Positions 8,788 through 18,903 are shown, counted from the first letter of the stretch. The stretch is 64,000 nt of DNA from an uncultured Candidatus Saccharibacteria bacterium (GCA_964508535.1 CAZDTZ010000001.1:25786-89785), one strand, 5' to 3'. The notes: generated by a model from the sequence alone, not told the origin. Numbers and translations are program-made.

Positions 8788-10232
8788 TATTCTACCCTCA
8801 TAACTTCGCTGGGGCGGACCTTAGCGATTAAGCCTGCGGCAACTGTGCTGCCGACCGCGGCGATTAGTAATGCGCTGCCAAAACCGTACAGCAGGATGCT
8901 GCCATTAACGTTGGCCTTTAGGTTTCTGGCGCCTTGGACAGCGGAGTTATTTTCGAAACGAGCGCGGAAGCCGCCGCCAGCCCGGAAGCTTTGTGTGCCC
9001 CCAGTATCGCCAGTCTTAATCTGTATCGGGCCGCTTGGGCCGCCAGCAACCTGCGCGGTTTCTACGACGGTAGTGCTGTTGCTGGCGAGCATTTTGGTGA
9101 CTGGTGTTGCTGCTAGCGCACCAATGATGATGCCAATAGCAGCTGCTAGTACGGTCAGGGTTAGCGATTCGACAACGAATTGCACCATAATGCGGGCGTT
9201 GGATGAACCAATAGCTTTGAGCACGCCAATCTCACGACGGCGTTCGCGGACGATCATCACCATGGTGAGCAAGATGATCACGGCAGCGGTGATCGCTGCA
9301 CCCATGAGGCTAAACAGAGACACCGTTTGGATGTTTTGCAGTGAGCTGAGCGTGGCTTTGGCGCTCGCGGCATCATTGGTGACGTCTGCGGCGCTGCCCA
9401 GCAGTTTGCTTATAGCTGTGGTGGTGCTGTCGAGGCTAGTGGCGTTGTCGATGTGGACGCTCGCGGCAGTAATGTCGCCAGCCTGGTCGCTGAGGCGCTG
9501 CACCGTTGGCAAAGGCAGGATGAGCTGGTCGTTACCAAAGGTGTTGCCAGCTTCAAATATTCCTACAACGGTAAACGTCGTGCCGTAGGCGGTAAACGTT
9601 GTGCCGACCTTAAGACTGTTCTTGGCGGCTAAGGCAGTGCCCACGATGGCCACTTCTTCGTCTTTGGTGCCGTCAAAGCTTTTCCCGCTCGTAATCGTCA
9701 GGTCGCTACCGCTCTTGGCTGCAACAGCGGTCAACGGGTTGCTGGCGCCTGTAACGGTAAGCGGCAATTTGAAGCTGCTGAAATCAGGCGTTGTGCCGTC
9801 GTCGGCAGGGCCGCCAAAGGTCCGAACGCCGCCTTGCGCATCTCCCTGTTTGCTCACGTCGCCATTAATGCGGAATTGCCGCTGACCAAAGATGCCCGGC
9901 GTAATCGACGAAACAAGGTTAGTATCTGCGGTGGTGAGGCGGTCGGATAATGTTTCGTCCACACTAGTCACATGCGCCGCAGTCCTTACTTTGGCGAGCT
10001 GGGCGTCGGTTAGCGGGTTGCCGCCGCCGCTAAAGCCACGGATACCAGCAGGTGCGACAGTAATAGTGTTGCCAATATTTTTTTGCACACTGGCAATCTT
10101 TTGCCCAATGGCTTGGTGTGCCAGCAGCATGGCCAAGCTCAAGCCCATGCTCAAACCCAGCATGCCAACAATGGCAATGGTGCGGATGCCATTCCTAAAA
10201 GCATTGCGCACCCCGCGACTATATGCGTTCAT
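8787..10232 (-). CDS. ABC transporter permease, FtsX/MacB-type with large extracytoplasmic domain
   Basis: 481 aa: N-terminal TM, ~270-aa external domain, C-terminal FtsX-like 3-TM bundle (REIGVLKAIG). 1-nt overlap with the ATPase gene. Confidence 0.85.
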   Translation of the reverse strand: MNAYSRGVRNAFRNGIRTIAIVGMLGLSMGLSLAMLLAHQAIGQKIASVQKNIGNTITVAPAGIRGFSGGGNPLTDAQLAKVRTAAHVTSVDETLSDRLTTADTNLVSSITPGIFGQRQFRINGDVSKQGDAQGGVRTFGGPADDGTTPDFSSFKLPLTVTGASNPLTAVAAKSGSDLTITSGKSFDGTKDEEVAIVGTALAAKNSLKVGTTFTAYGTTFTVVGIFEAGNTFGNDQLILPLPTVQRLSDQAGDITAASVHIDNATSLDSTTTAISKLLGSAADVTNDAASAKATLSSLQNIQTVSLFSLMGAAITAAVIILLTMVMIVRERRREIGVLKAIGSSNARIMVQFVVESLTLTVLAAAIGIIIGALAATPVTKMLASNSTTVVETAQVAGGPSGPIQIKTGDTGGTQSFRAGGGFRARFENNSAVQGARNLKANVNGSILLYGFGSALLIAAVGSTVAAGLIAKVRPSEVMRVE

Positions 10233-10399
10233 TCGTTCCCTTTCGGTTAGTGTTTACCCGAAGTGTATAGCCCTAAGCTGAGTGTTTGCTTAATTTTTAT
10301 CTTCGACTCAAAAAGGTGTTGTAGCCCGAGGCAACCTGCGAACAGCACAACATACAATATTGACTAAAAATACAGTTTGTATTATAAATTATAATCTGT

Positions 10400-11224
10400 A
10401 TGTCATATAATCCAGATGCACCACTTACCGAGATTCATATTTCCACTAATGGTTTCAATGATGCCTTCACTGATTTTGACAATATTTTTACAGACGATGT
10501 TCTAAACCATGTTTACCGAACGGCAAGTGGCCTCATTCGTCTTGCGGCACCTGGGGTTGACCTCGATACCGTATTTGCCAGCGGTTTTAAGAAGGGTTTC
10601 GACCCTGCCGATACCCCGGGTAGTATGGCGCGGTGCGATGAGTTTAAAATAAATGTGCCTTCGTCTGTCAAGGACGGCGGCGTACGTTTGCTGGCTTCGA
10701 GTGAGATCGGCGATCCGTACTTTGGTTCGGCTGGTGATTATGACGAGGATGATCCTTATTATGGTGGCGACGACAGCAATACGGTCAATATTCATAGGCG
10801 TCTCGTTGATGGGTTGTATCGAGACAAAAGAGCTCTGGCCGGGCTCAACGCAGACTACCAGAGTGCTCCTGAGATTTTCGGATATCCTGATCTGCCGAAT
10901 CGCGAAGAATGTGCCGCCGAGCTACGTAGGCTAAATGAGGAGATCGCTCGCATGGAGGCCATGGATGTGCCGATGCAGCCCGTGTACTTTGCTACTCTGC
11001 TCCACAACCTGCTTGAACCGGTGAACGAGGATAACCCTGTCGCCTATTCGGGGGATGTCCCCGGCGTTGCCTATCTCGCCTTATATGATGGTGCCGCCTT
11101 GAGACAGGATCCCGACCTGACTGTCACCAATAAGGATATTTTGCAGATCCGCATTGCCGGTTCTGGCGCGGCAGTGATGCGTCACGCTCTTGGGGTGATG
11201 CGCTTGATTTTTACCGACGAATAA
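10400..11224 (+). CDS. Hypothetical acidic cytoplasmic protein
   Basis: 274-aa ORF with no recognisable motifs. TTGACT-17-TATAAA and TATAAT lie directly upstream. Confidence 0.5.
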   Translation: MSYNPDAPLTEIHISTNGFNDAFTDFDNIFTDDVLNHVYRTASGLIRLAAPGVDLDTVFASGFKKGFDPADTPGSMARCDEFKINVPSSVKDGGVRLLASSEIGDPYFGSAGDYDEDDPYYGGDDSNTVNIHRRLVDGLYRDKRALAGLNADYQSAPEIFGYPDLPNREECAAELRRLNEEIARMEAMDVPMQPVYFATLLHNLLEPVNEDNPVAYSGDVPGVAYLALYDGAALRQDPDLTVTNKDILQIRIAGSGAAVMRHALGVMRLIFTDE

Positions 11225-11274
11225 GTGTGTCTGCTGCTCTACCATTTGTTTGCCGTACCTCGCACCGTGTAGCA

Positions 11275-11307
11275 GTAAAACAAAAACGCCCCTCCGAAGA
11301 AGGGCGT
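11275..11307 (-). terminator. Intrinsic terminator downstream of the RRM gene (possibly bidirectional)
   Basis: Minus strand reads ACGCCCTTC-TTCG-GAGGGGCGT followed by TTTTTGTTTT. Confidence 0.7.
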
Positions 11308-11342
11308 CATTTGATCCTCCGAAGAGGTTAGCGTGGAGCTAA

Positions 11343-11672
11343 TTAGTAGCGGTTACCGCCACCAAAGCCGCCGCGGTCGCCACCACGGTCGTTGCCGCCA
11401 CCGAATGAACGGCGTTCGCGGTTTTCCTGTGGGCGAGCTTCGCTAACAGCGATAGCGCGACCATCAAGGTCTTTGCCGTTCAGCATCTTGATTGCGTTTT
11501 GAGCTTCTTCATCAGAGCTCATCTCGACAAAACCAAAACCCTTAGAGCGGCCAGTTTCACGGTCAACAATAACCTTGGCTGATACAACGGTACCTGCGTC
11601 GGCAAATGCCTGTTGAAGTTGGTCGTCGGTTACACCGTAGCTCAGTGAGCCAACGAATAATTTACTTGCCAT
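11343..11672 (-). CDS. RRM (RNP-1/RNP-2) RNA-binding protein with RGG-rich tail
   Basis: RNP-2 LFVGSL, RNP-1 KGFGFVEM, C-terminal GGGNDRGGDRGGFGGGNRY. Confidence 0.9.
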   Translation of the reverse strand: MASKLFVGSLSYGVTDDQLQQAFADAGTVVSAKVIVDRETGRSKGFGFVEMSSDEEAQNAIKMLNGKDLDGRAIAVSEARPQENRERRSFGGGNDRGGDRGGFGGGNRY

Positions 11673-11912
11673 TTCTAGCTTGTCCTTTTCTTTGCACCGA
11701 GGTAAGCTGGCGAGTAAATCATCCAGTTAACTGCTCCTCTAGCGACACGTTTTTAAATACCTTCTAGAACTGATCTGTAGCAGCTTATTTCTAGCTCCTT
11801 CATTATAGCATAGCTAATGGCAAACGTTGTCAATAAATCTCTATAGGTGGCTATTCCCCCAGTGTGTTGGGCGGTTTGCTATACTGGAGATTGGCTGAAA
11901 GGGGCTTTTGCG

Positions 11913-12899
11913 ATGAGGGTTCTGTCGGGCGCGCCAATGGTGGTGGTTGTTGTAGCGTTAGCCTGCCTTTGCGGCGGGCTCTTGGGTGTCGGTTATACTC
12001 GCATGCGTGGCCACACACGCCTCGCTAGCCAGATGGACAGCAAACTTGCCGGGCACGAACGCCCAGATGACCACCGCAAGGCTGTCGCAGCGCCGCCGAA
12101 GCCGTTCACCTTCCCCGGTGGCGGCCGTGTCTTGGCGAGCACCTACCGTTTTGTTGCGTTGTATGGGTCACCAGATTCGCCGGTGTTGGGTGTGTTGGGC
12201 GAGCAATCGTTGCCCGATACTATTACTCGAGTGCAAAGCACCGCCAAAGACTACCAACCGCTTTCTCCAATTCCCGTGTATCCGACGTTTGAGATTATCA
12301 CGACCGTTGCTTCGGCCTCGGCTACCGAAAACGGCGATTACTCGCGCGAAGTTGACCCCAATCTCATCAAGCCCTGGATTGAGAGTGCTCGAAACGCAGG
12401 CGTATACGTTGTACTGGACCTACAACCGGGCCGTACCGATTTTTTGACTCAAGCAAAAGAGTACGAGTCATTCCTCAAGGAGCCGAACGTCGGCCTGGCG
12501 CTCGACCCTGAGTGGCGGCTTAAATCCAACCAGGTGCCGCTGGTGCAAATTGGGAGCGTCGAGAGCGCGGAGGTCAACGGCGTTGCTGATTGGCTGGCCA
12601 CGCTTGTCATCACCAACGACTTACCGCAGAAGTTATTTGTCCTGCACCAATTTCGCTTGGACATGGTTACTGACCGCGACAATCTCAACACGACACACCC
12701 AGAGTTGGCCTATATTATCCAGATGGACGGCCAGGGGTCGCAACCACAAAAGGCAGATACCTATGCAGCGGTCACTGCAAATCCTCCGCCCGCCGTGGAG
12801 TTTGGTTGGAAAAACTTTTACCAAAAAGACACGCCAACGCTCGACCCAGCCGGCACTATGCAGCTCAATCCGCAGCCTTGGTACATCTCGTACCAGTAA
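11913..12899 (+). CDS. Membrane-anchored/secreted protein, unknown function
   Basis: N-terminal signal-anchor MRVLSGAPMVVVVVALACLCGG. GAAAGGGG lies upstream of the ATG at 11913; the ORF track starts earlier, at 11847. Confidence 0.5.
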   Translation: MRVLSGAPMVVVVVALACLCGGLLGVGYTRMRGHTRLASQMDSKLAGHERPDDHRKAVAAPPKPFTFPGGGRVLASTYRFVALYGSPDSPVLGVLGEQSLPDTITRVQSTAKDYQPLSPIPVYPTFEIITTVASASATENGDYSREVDPNLIKPWIESARNAGVYVVLDLQPGRTDFLTQAKEYESFLKEPNVGLALDPEWRLKSNQVPLVQIGSVESAEVNGVADWLATLVITNDLPQKLFVLHQFRLDMVTDRDNLNTTHPELAYIIQMDGQGSQPQKADTYAAVTANPPPAVEFGWKNFYQKDTPTLDPAGTMQLNPQPWYISYQ

Positions 12900-13027
12900 C
12901 TCTATCTGTCGGCCAGGCATTCCTGCGGCTTAGCACAATATTATCGATGTGTATGTAAACGAATGTATAAACATAAATGGTACAATACCTGTACAGGCAC
13001 ACACTGCGGTGCTTGCGGGTGGTACAC

Positions 13028-13702
13028 ATGCAGGATTTTATATTACAGCTTTTACCAGTTGCGACCAGAAAACTTTACAAGAAGCACTCTATTTTACTCT
13101 ATCAGGGTGAGGCGCCGCGTACAGCGTTTGTTGTTCTCAGCGGCACTATTAAGGTTTACAGCATTAATATGGCTGGCGAAGAGCAAGTTGTATCTTTTCA
13201 TACCATGCACGATATATTTCCAACGTCGTGGTTGTTTAGAAAAGCTTCAACAACGCTTTATTATTACGAAACTCTGACTGACTGCGAGATCTTGATGGTG
13301 GCGCGGGATGACGTCCGTCGGATAATGTCTGCGAAGCCAGAATCAACGGAATGTATGCTCAACTATTACGCCACAAATTACGTTAGCACGCTCATGCGCG
13401 TTACGGCGTTGGAGCAGTCGCGTGCCCGTGAGAAAATCATGTTCACCCTGTATTATTTGTTGTTTCGGTATGGCCGTGAAATGCGCCCCGGCCTGTTTAT
13501 CATCGAGCTGTCGCTGACGCATACCGTGATCGCCAGCTTAGTGGGCCTGACACGCGAAACTACCACCACCGAGCTCAGCAAACTCAAGCGCCAAAAGGTG
13601 CTCAAATACAGCGCCCACACGTACACGTTGGACAAGCTCAAGCTCGAGCGCTTATTGGGCGAAGACAGCTTCCAAAATTTGGCTATGATTGCGCCAGATT
13701 AG
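13028..13702 (+). CDS. Crp/Fnr family transcriptional regulator
   Basis: cNMP-binding beta-barrel (LYQGEAPRTAFVVLSGTIKVY) plus a C-terminal HTH (LTHTVIASLVGLTRETTTTEL). The start could be as early as 12977. Confidence 0.85.
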   Translation: MQDFILQLLPVATRKLYKKHSILLYQGEAPRTAFVVLSGTIKVYSINMAGEEQVVSFHTMHDIFPTSWLFRKASTTLYYYETLTDCEILMVARDDVRRIMSAKPESTECMLNYYATNYVSTLMRVTALEQSRAREKIMFTLYYLLFRYGREMRPGLFIIELSLTHTVIASLVGLTRETTTTELSKLKRQKVLKYSAHTYTLDKLKLERLLGEDSFQNLAMIAPD

Positions 13703-14097
13703 CGGTCGGCCAAGGCGTTCTCGACAATTTGGAGTAGTTCTCTCAGTGAAACCCATTTTTTGACAATGTAGTGTTCAGCGCCCAGGCGGTAGGCTTCGTC
13801 GACCTCCTTTTCGAGGTCGTAATTGCTAAAGATAATGACTTTCACGCTAGGGTGTTTTTGTTTGAGATCGTAGTGACGTAGAAATTCGAGGCCGTCCATG
13901 CGGGGCATGCGTAAGTCGAGCAAGATAAGTGCGGGGTCGGCCACGTCGGCTACCAGCAATGCTTCCTGGCCGTCGTGTGCAATATGAACCGTGTAGCCAG
14001 CCTGTCGCAGGAGTGTTTGGTACAGCTCGCTGAGCTTTGTGTCATCTTCGACTACCAAAATAGTCGAGGTAGTCTGTGTACGTGCGCGCGTCATCAT
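13699..14097 (-). CDS. Single-domain response regulator (receiver only)
   Basis: ILVVEDD .. LILLDLRMPRMDG .. K-containing receiver fold; no output domain. Confidence 0.85.
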   Translation of the reverse strand: MMTRARTQTTSTILVVEDDTKLSELYQTLLRQAGYTVHIAHDGQEALLVADVADPALILLDLRMPRMDGLEFLRHYDLKQKHPSVKVIIFSNYDLEKEVDEAYRLGAEHYIVKKWVSLRELLQIVENALADR

Positions 14098-14231
14098 GCT
14101 CCCTAATCGTGTGGCAATTATAGCGTGTTGCGCTTCTGGTGGGCAGTGAAATTTTTAATATGTATTGTTATTTTTGCCACAAGCAGACGCGGGTTTTTAC
14201 GGTTTAGGGCAATTAGCTGTACACTGGGTGC

Positions 14232-14621
14232 ATGAGTGACAACAAATTACCTGTAAAACTGAGCGGAATAACCCTACCATTTGCCGGCAACGGCCGAAAA
14301 CTTGGATATCCAACAGCGAATATCATCATCCCAACCGAACTGACAGACGGCGTGTACTTCGGGTTTGCCGACCTGGGCGAATATTATACGCATAGGCCTG
14401 CTCTTATTTTTATCGGCACACCGACTACTATGAGCGACGTGGGTCGCCGCGTTGAGGCGCATATCCTGGATGTCCCTGACGAAGATTACTATGGTCTAAA
14501 GCTAACGGTCGACGTCCAGCGCCACCATCGCAGCAACAAAACCTTTCCTTCTACGGAAGAGTTGCAGACGGCCATGAGGGCCGACGAAGCAGCGGCTCGC
14601 GATTGGCTTAAGGCCCAATAG
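14232..14621 (+). CDS. Riboflavin kinase (kinase domain only, no FAD synthetase domain)
   Basis: 129 aa; GRKLGYPTANI .. VEAHILD .. YYG motifs of the RibF C-terminal domain. Confidence 0.75.
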   Translation: MSDNKLPVKLSGITLPFAGNGRKLGYPTANIIIPTELTDGVYFGFADLGEYYTHRPALIFIGTPTTMSDVGRRVEAHILDVPDEDYYGLKLTVDVQRHHRSNKTFPSTEELQTAMRADEAAARDWLKAQ

Positions 14622-14654
14622 GCCACCTATAAGGTAAGGCGAGAGACACCGGCC

Positions 14655-15251
14655 ATGTTTACAGGTATTATCACCGACACTACGAGCATCGTGCGCAGCA
14701 AAAAGAGTAAAGGTGGTCTGACGTTGACCTTCCAAAGGCCCCGCGGCTGGGACGACCTGCAGCTTGGCGAGTCGGTCGCTACCAACGGCGCCTGTCTCAC
14801 CGTGGCCGCACTGCGCGACAGCGAGTATGACTGTGTGCTGATCCCCGAAACGCTTAATAGAACCGCTTTTGGCAGCAGTCTGCCGGAGCAGGTCAATCTG
14901 GAGCGAGCCATGGGCATGGCCGACCGCTTTAGCGGGCATTTTGTGCAGGGGCACGTGGACGGCATTGGCACGGTGCGGGCCATCGACACCGACGCCAGCG
15001 GCTGGCGCCTGAGCATTGCTTTTTCACCTGCAGACAAGCCCCTAGTTATCTACAAGGGCTCAGTTACGATGAATGGAGTATCGCTGACCGTTGCCGCCGT
15101 AGAGGACAATGTATTGACGGTCGCGCTCATCCCACACACTCTCAAGCACACCACATTGGAATCGTTGCAGGTCGGCGGCGCGGTAAACCTCGAGTTCGAC
15201 ATGATTGGTAAGTACGTTGTGAATAGTTTGAAGCTCAGGGGTGACGCTTAG
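14655..15251 (+). CDS. ribE: Riboflavin synthase alpha chain
   Basis: MFTGII N-terminus, duplicated lumazine-binding repeats, GHFVQGHVDG motif. Confidence 0.9.
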   Translation: MFTGIITDTTSIVRSKKSKGGLTLTFQRPRGWDDLQLGESVATNGACLTVAALRDSEYDCVLIPETLNRTAFGSSLPEQVNLERAMGMADRFSGHFVQGHVDGIGTVRAIDTDASGWRLSIAFSPADKPLVIYKGSVTMNGVSLTVAAVEDNVLTVALIPHTLKHTTLESLQVGGAVNLEFDMIGKYVVNSLKLRGDA

Positions 15252-16123
15252 AGTGTCAGCGTGGTGCAGCGGATGCCGCCACCGCCTTTGGCAAGTTCTG
15301 CAGTCTCTGGCGTAAGGGTACTGAGGCCGTGGGTTTCAATGGCAGCCCGGAATTTTGGTGCATGAGCGCTCATGATCACTGTTTTGCCTGTCGACACCAG
15401 ATTGCAAGCCAATCCTTTTTGAGCCTCCTCCAACGAGACTTCTATCTTCTTGATGGGCAACGCGCGGATCTTTTGCTGGCTGGCAGGCGTTAAGGCTTCG
15501 GGGCACCAGCCAATAAGGTCGTCGCGCAGCACGGCAATGGCAAGGTCGATGTCGTAGAAAAAGCTATCTGGCCAGCCAGAGAGTGCATTGGTTACGGGTT
15601 TGTTGTTCTTGTCCAATTCGGGGAGTGCCTCTAGGCTAATAATTTCGAAGTCAAAGGTTTGTGCCAGTATCTGATGCATGCGTGAGTCGGTACGGTAGCC
15701 GCCACCAGCAAATAAGTATTTGCCGCAAACCAAGTTGTCGCCTTGGCCGCTAAAGCGATACGGCGCTTTAATGATGCGCTTACCCATTTCGCGGAGCGCT
15801 TTTTCGGCATAGGGCTCTTCGCCTTTGCGCGGCCCAGGCAGGCTGGCCATCAAGGCAGTATCGCCATGGCAAAAGGCCCAATTGGCTGTAAAAATGCCAT
15901 CTTGGCAGTTGGCGGGCGCGTCAATCTTGATAATCTCGACGCCAGCCTGCTTGAGTGCATCGGCGATGCCTTTGTGCTGGGCTATGGCCAGCGCGCGGTC
16001 GATGGTGTCAATTTGGTGCGAATACGGGTTAAGGTCGACGACATCGAAGTATTCGGCTCCAGACATCAGCACAGTTTGATTCATGCGTAAGGGCATAGCC
16101 CTCGTATTATACGCCCCAGACAC
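15248..16123 (-). CDS. Amidinotransferase/DDAH-like guanidino-group-modifying enzyme
   Basis: C-terminal GGGGIRCTTLTL catalytic Cys motif of the GME superfamily. The start is uncertain (GTG 16123, ATG 16096 or 16084). Confidence 0.7.
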   Translation of the reverse strand: MSGAYNTRAMPLRMNQTVLMSGAEYFDVVDLNPYSHQIDTIDRALAIAQHKGIADALKQAGVEIIKIDAPANCQDGIFTANWAFCHGDTALMASLPGPRKGEEPYAEKALREMGKRIIKAPYRFSGQGDNLVCGKYLFAGGGYRTDSRMHQILAQTFDFEIISLEALPELDKNNKPVTNALSGWPDSFFYDIDLAIAVLRDDLIGWCPEALTPASQQKIRALPIKKIEVSLEEAQKGLACNLVSTGKTVIMSAHAPKFRAAIETHGLSTLTPETAELAKGGGGIRCTTLTL

Positions 16124-16797
16124 TAGGTTAAGCGGACTCCAGCGACTTCGACGGTCGCAGGGTCGCGTAAAATTTTGACGAATTTGTACTGGTAGTCACC
16201 TTTTGCCTGCTCGTATATTTGGCGCGCAACCCAGTCCGGGTTGAGAAAAGTGGACGTATCAACACTTGTTCTGTTGCCGTAGAAAGCGGTATTAGTGCCA
16301 GCTGGCCCGGCGACCAGCATTTTTCCTACGCGCTTGTCCAGCGATAGGCCATTGGCAAAATGGCCAACACCGGCTTTGGCAAAGTTGTAGATCGATTCTT
16401 TTTCACGGGGCGTCCACTGGCTTGTTGAGGTGATTACAATACACTCGGCAAGCTTACCTTGTTTAAGCAAGATGTCTCTGGCGGCAAAAATACAGCCTGT
16501 GCCGCAAACTTGCACCATGTCTTGGATTTCCGCTTCGCTCAAATCGGTAATTGTGCCCTCCTGAAAATAGCCAGGTGCGTAGACGAAGCGGTCGATGTCC
16601 GGGAGCTTGTCGGTGCAGTTTTTGATTTTGGCCGCATAATCCGCAACCGAAAGGTCGAGCTTTTGGAAGGTGATGCGTGCATGCTGTTTGTCTGGAGCCT
16701 TTCGGCCGGTGACCGTGACCGTGTCGCCTTCTTTGGCGTACAAAACTGCCAGTTCCCAACCAATTCCGCGGCTGCCGCCAATGATGAGTGTGTGCAT
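16123..16797 (-). CDS. SDR-family oxidoreductase
   Basis: N-terminal IIGGSRGIG Rossmann motif; 224 aa. Confidence 0.8.
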   Translation of the reverse strand: MHTLIIGGSRGIGWELAVLYAKEGDTVTVTGRKAPDKQHARITFQKLDLSVADYAAKIKNCTDKLPDIDRFVYAPGYFQEGTITDLSEAEIQDMVQVCGTGCIFAARDILLKQGKLAECIVITSTSQWTPREKESIYNFAKAGVGHFANGLSLDKRVGKMLVAGPAGTNTAFYGNRTSVDTSTFLNPDWVARQIYEQAKGDYQYKFVKILRDPATVEVAGVRLT

Positions 16798-16816
16798 GGC
16801 CCCTCCTTTATTTATT

Positions 16817-17401
16817 TTATCGGCTAAAAAGTACTTTCAGGTGTTCGTAGTCTGGCCGGCACTCTTCGCGTACTTCGTCGAACATGATTTTGACGTTGAG
16901 GTCGCGGTCGATTTTTTCCAGCACGTAGGCCTTAATCTCGGCGTAAGCACGTTTTTGTTCGCCAAATTTCCAGGTGGCGAACACGTAAAACTCGGTCTGC
17001 AGGTGTGCCATCGAATCGGCCGTAGCGAGAATTTTACCTTCCAAGCTTTTCGGCCGGTCGTCGCCGTGGCAACTGTGCCAACGGATTGCGTCGTCGGCGA
17101 CTACCGCGACAGCTTCCTTGCTAAAGCCACATTGCTGCATTAGGTCACGGGCAATCTCCAGGCTTTTTTGTTCATGCGCGGTGCCCCGCTGCTGCCCGAC
17201 AGCGTCGGCAACATCGTGCAGCATGCCAGCGGCGCGTGCTAGGTCTTCGCGCGCGCCAAAACGTTTGGCGAGTTTCTCGGCGTAGTCGGCCACCGCAAAC
17301 ACGTGGTTACAAAATAGCCACGACGACCAGTCAGTAGCTTCAGGGTCACGCTTGCCGTAGAGGTCGCGGACGCGTTTTTCGAGATCTTGGATTTGAGTCA
17401 T
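16817..17401 (-). CDS. HD-domain phosphohydrolase
   Basis: HD dyad in GMLHDVAD and additional His residues; 194 aa. Confidence 0.75.
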   Translation of the reverse strand: MTQIQDLEKRVRDLYGKRDPEATDWSSWLFCNHVFAVADYAEKLAKRFGAREDLARAAGMLHDVADAVGQQRGTAHEQKSLEIARDLMQQCGFSKEAVAVVADDAIRWHSCHGDDRPKSLEGKILATADSMAHLQTEFYVFATWKFGEQKRAYAEIKAYVLEKIDRDLNVKIMFDEVREECRPDYEHLKVLFSR

Positions 17402-17430
17402 TGTAAAAGTATAGCAAAATTATTGGCGAC

Positions 17431-18159
17431 TTAGCGGTACTCGGGGTTGGTAAAGTCGAAGCGGGCGCCAGCATCCCATTTGCTGCGCTGGTTGCCATAC
17501 GCCGGGATGCCACCGGCGTCCTTGAGCATTTTGGCGAGGTGCATGAGGTTCCAGGTCATGAAGGTGGTGTTGCGGTTGGTGAAGTCGTTGTCGAGGCCTA
17601 CTTTTGTGCCATCTGGGCGATCGTCACCGTAACTGGGGCCGGGGCCAGCCTCGCCAATCCAACCAGCATCTGCTTGCGGCGGGATGGTGTACCCCAAGTG
17701 TTGCAGGCTGTACAAAACATTCATGGCACAGTGCTTGATGCCGTCTTCGTTGCCAGTAATGAGGCAGCCACCGGCTTTGCCGTAAAAAGCGTATTGGCCA
17801 GCTTTATTGAGCTCGCTCGAGCAAGCATATAAGCGCTCGATGAGTACTTTTGTTTGCGAGCTGTTGTCGCCAAGCCAAATTGGGCCAGCGATGACCAAGA
17901 TGTCGGCAGCCTGCACTTTTTTGTACAACTCCGGCCACTCGTCGCTTTTCCAGCCGTGCTCACGCATGTCTGGCCAGACGCCAGTGGCAATGTCGTGGTC
18001 GATGGTACGGATAACCTCGGTTTTGACACCGTGTTTTTCCATGATGTCGGTGCTAATTTTGATCAGCAGGTCGGTATGGCTTTTCTCGGGCGACTTGCTA
18101 AGCGTCCCGTTAAAGAATAGCGCCTGCAAACCAGTAAAATCGTGTGCGTTCTCTGTCAT
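17431..18159 (-). CDS. Flavodoxin-like NAD(P)H-dependent FMN reductase family protein
   Basis: LFFNGTLSKSP .. ADILVIAGPIWLGD pattern of the NADPH-dependent FMN reductase fold. Confidence 0.75.
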   Translation of the reverse strand: MTENAHDFTGLQALFFNGTLSKSPEKSHTDLLIKISTDIMEKHGVKTEVIRTIDHDIATGVWPDMREHGWKSDEWPELYKKVQAADILVIAGPIWLGDNSSQTKVLIERLYACSSELNKAGQYAFYGKAGGCLITGNEDGIKHCAMNVLYSLQHLGYTIPPQADAGWIGEAGPGPSYGDDRPDGTKVGLDNDFTNRNTTFMTWNLMHLAKMLKDAGGIPAYGNQRSKWDAGARFDFTNPEYR

Positions 18160-18197
18160 AATCCCCCTTTATTCCAGTGTAGCACGAGCGCTATAAA

Positions 18198-18226
18198 TTG
18201 ACATAAGAAGTAAGAGATGTTATATA
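18198..18226 (+). promoter_or_regulatory. Sigma70-like promoter (TTGACA-17-TATATA)
   Basis: TTGACA at 18198-18203, 17-nt spacer, TATATAAT from 18221. Confidence 0.45.
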
Positions 18227-18249
18227 ATTATTAACTTAGTTTGACATTT

Positions 18250-18873
18250 ATGACACAAATACACCTTCCCTTTAGTCTCCCGCCAGTTGACGTGGTACGT
18301 GAGTTGGCTGATATGCTTGAGCCGGAAGTGCCACGTTCAATATTTGACGCTGGTTTTGGGACTGGACGTAACTCAGTGTTTCTGGCTCGTTTAGGACATG
18401 AAGTTACTGGTGTTGATATGCGAGGCGAGGAGGTCGAGGCAGCACGCCGCTACGCAGAGGCCGAAGGCGTAGCAGATCGATGTACATTCTTAGAAGGAGA
18501 TTTGCTTCAGCCGCCTATTTCGGGCACTTCATTTGATATTGTTCTAGCAAATGAAGTGGCGCACGTCTTCTCTCGAGCAGTCACCGCTCGTTTATTCAGG
18601 ACGTTGCGAGGTGTAACAAAACAAGGCGGCCTTAACGTGGTTAGTGGCTACGTTGTATGCCCTGGCACAGCGAACGCTCGAAATACACGTCAGTGCTTTG
18701 GGCAGGGTGAACTTTTAGAAGAGTACCAAGGACAAGGTTGGATTATTCTTGCATATAACGAAACGTACCTACCGAATCAATATATGGGTTCGGGTGCGGC
18801 CACTAAAGAAATTATTTCTTCGCGAGCAAAGTTGATCGCCCAACGCCCGTGGGACGAAGATAGTCCTCAATAA
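18250..18873 (+). CDS. Class I SAM-dependent methyltransferase (TehB-like)
   Basis: Motif I FDAGFGTGRNS and post-I acidic residue. An alternative TTG start lies at 18241. Confidence 0.8.
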   Translation: MTQIHLPFSLPPVDVVRELADMLEPEVPRSIFDAGFGTGRNSVFLARLGHEVTGVDMRGEEVEAARRYAEAEGVADRCTFLEGDLLQPPISGTSFDIVLANEVAHVFSRAVTARLFRTLRGVTKQGGLNVVSGYVVCPGTANARNTRQCFGQGELLEEYQGQGWIILAYNETYLPNQYMGSGAATKEIISSRAKLIAQRPWDEDSPQ

Positions 18874-18903
18874 ACCCATTCGTACGAGCTATACTTATAA
18901 AAT

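Noticed and set aside
14098-14231. Possible FMN riboswitch ahead of the riboflavin kinase/synthase genes
   Set aside because: The leader is only 134 nt. Apart from a GGGCAGTGAAATT stretch, it lacks the multi-helix RFN conserved cores.
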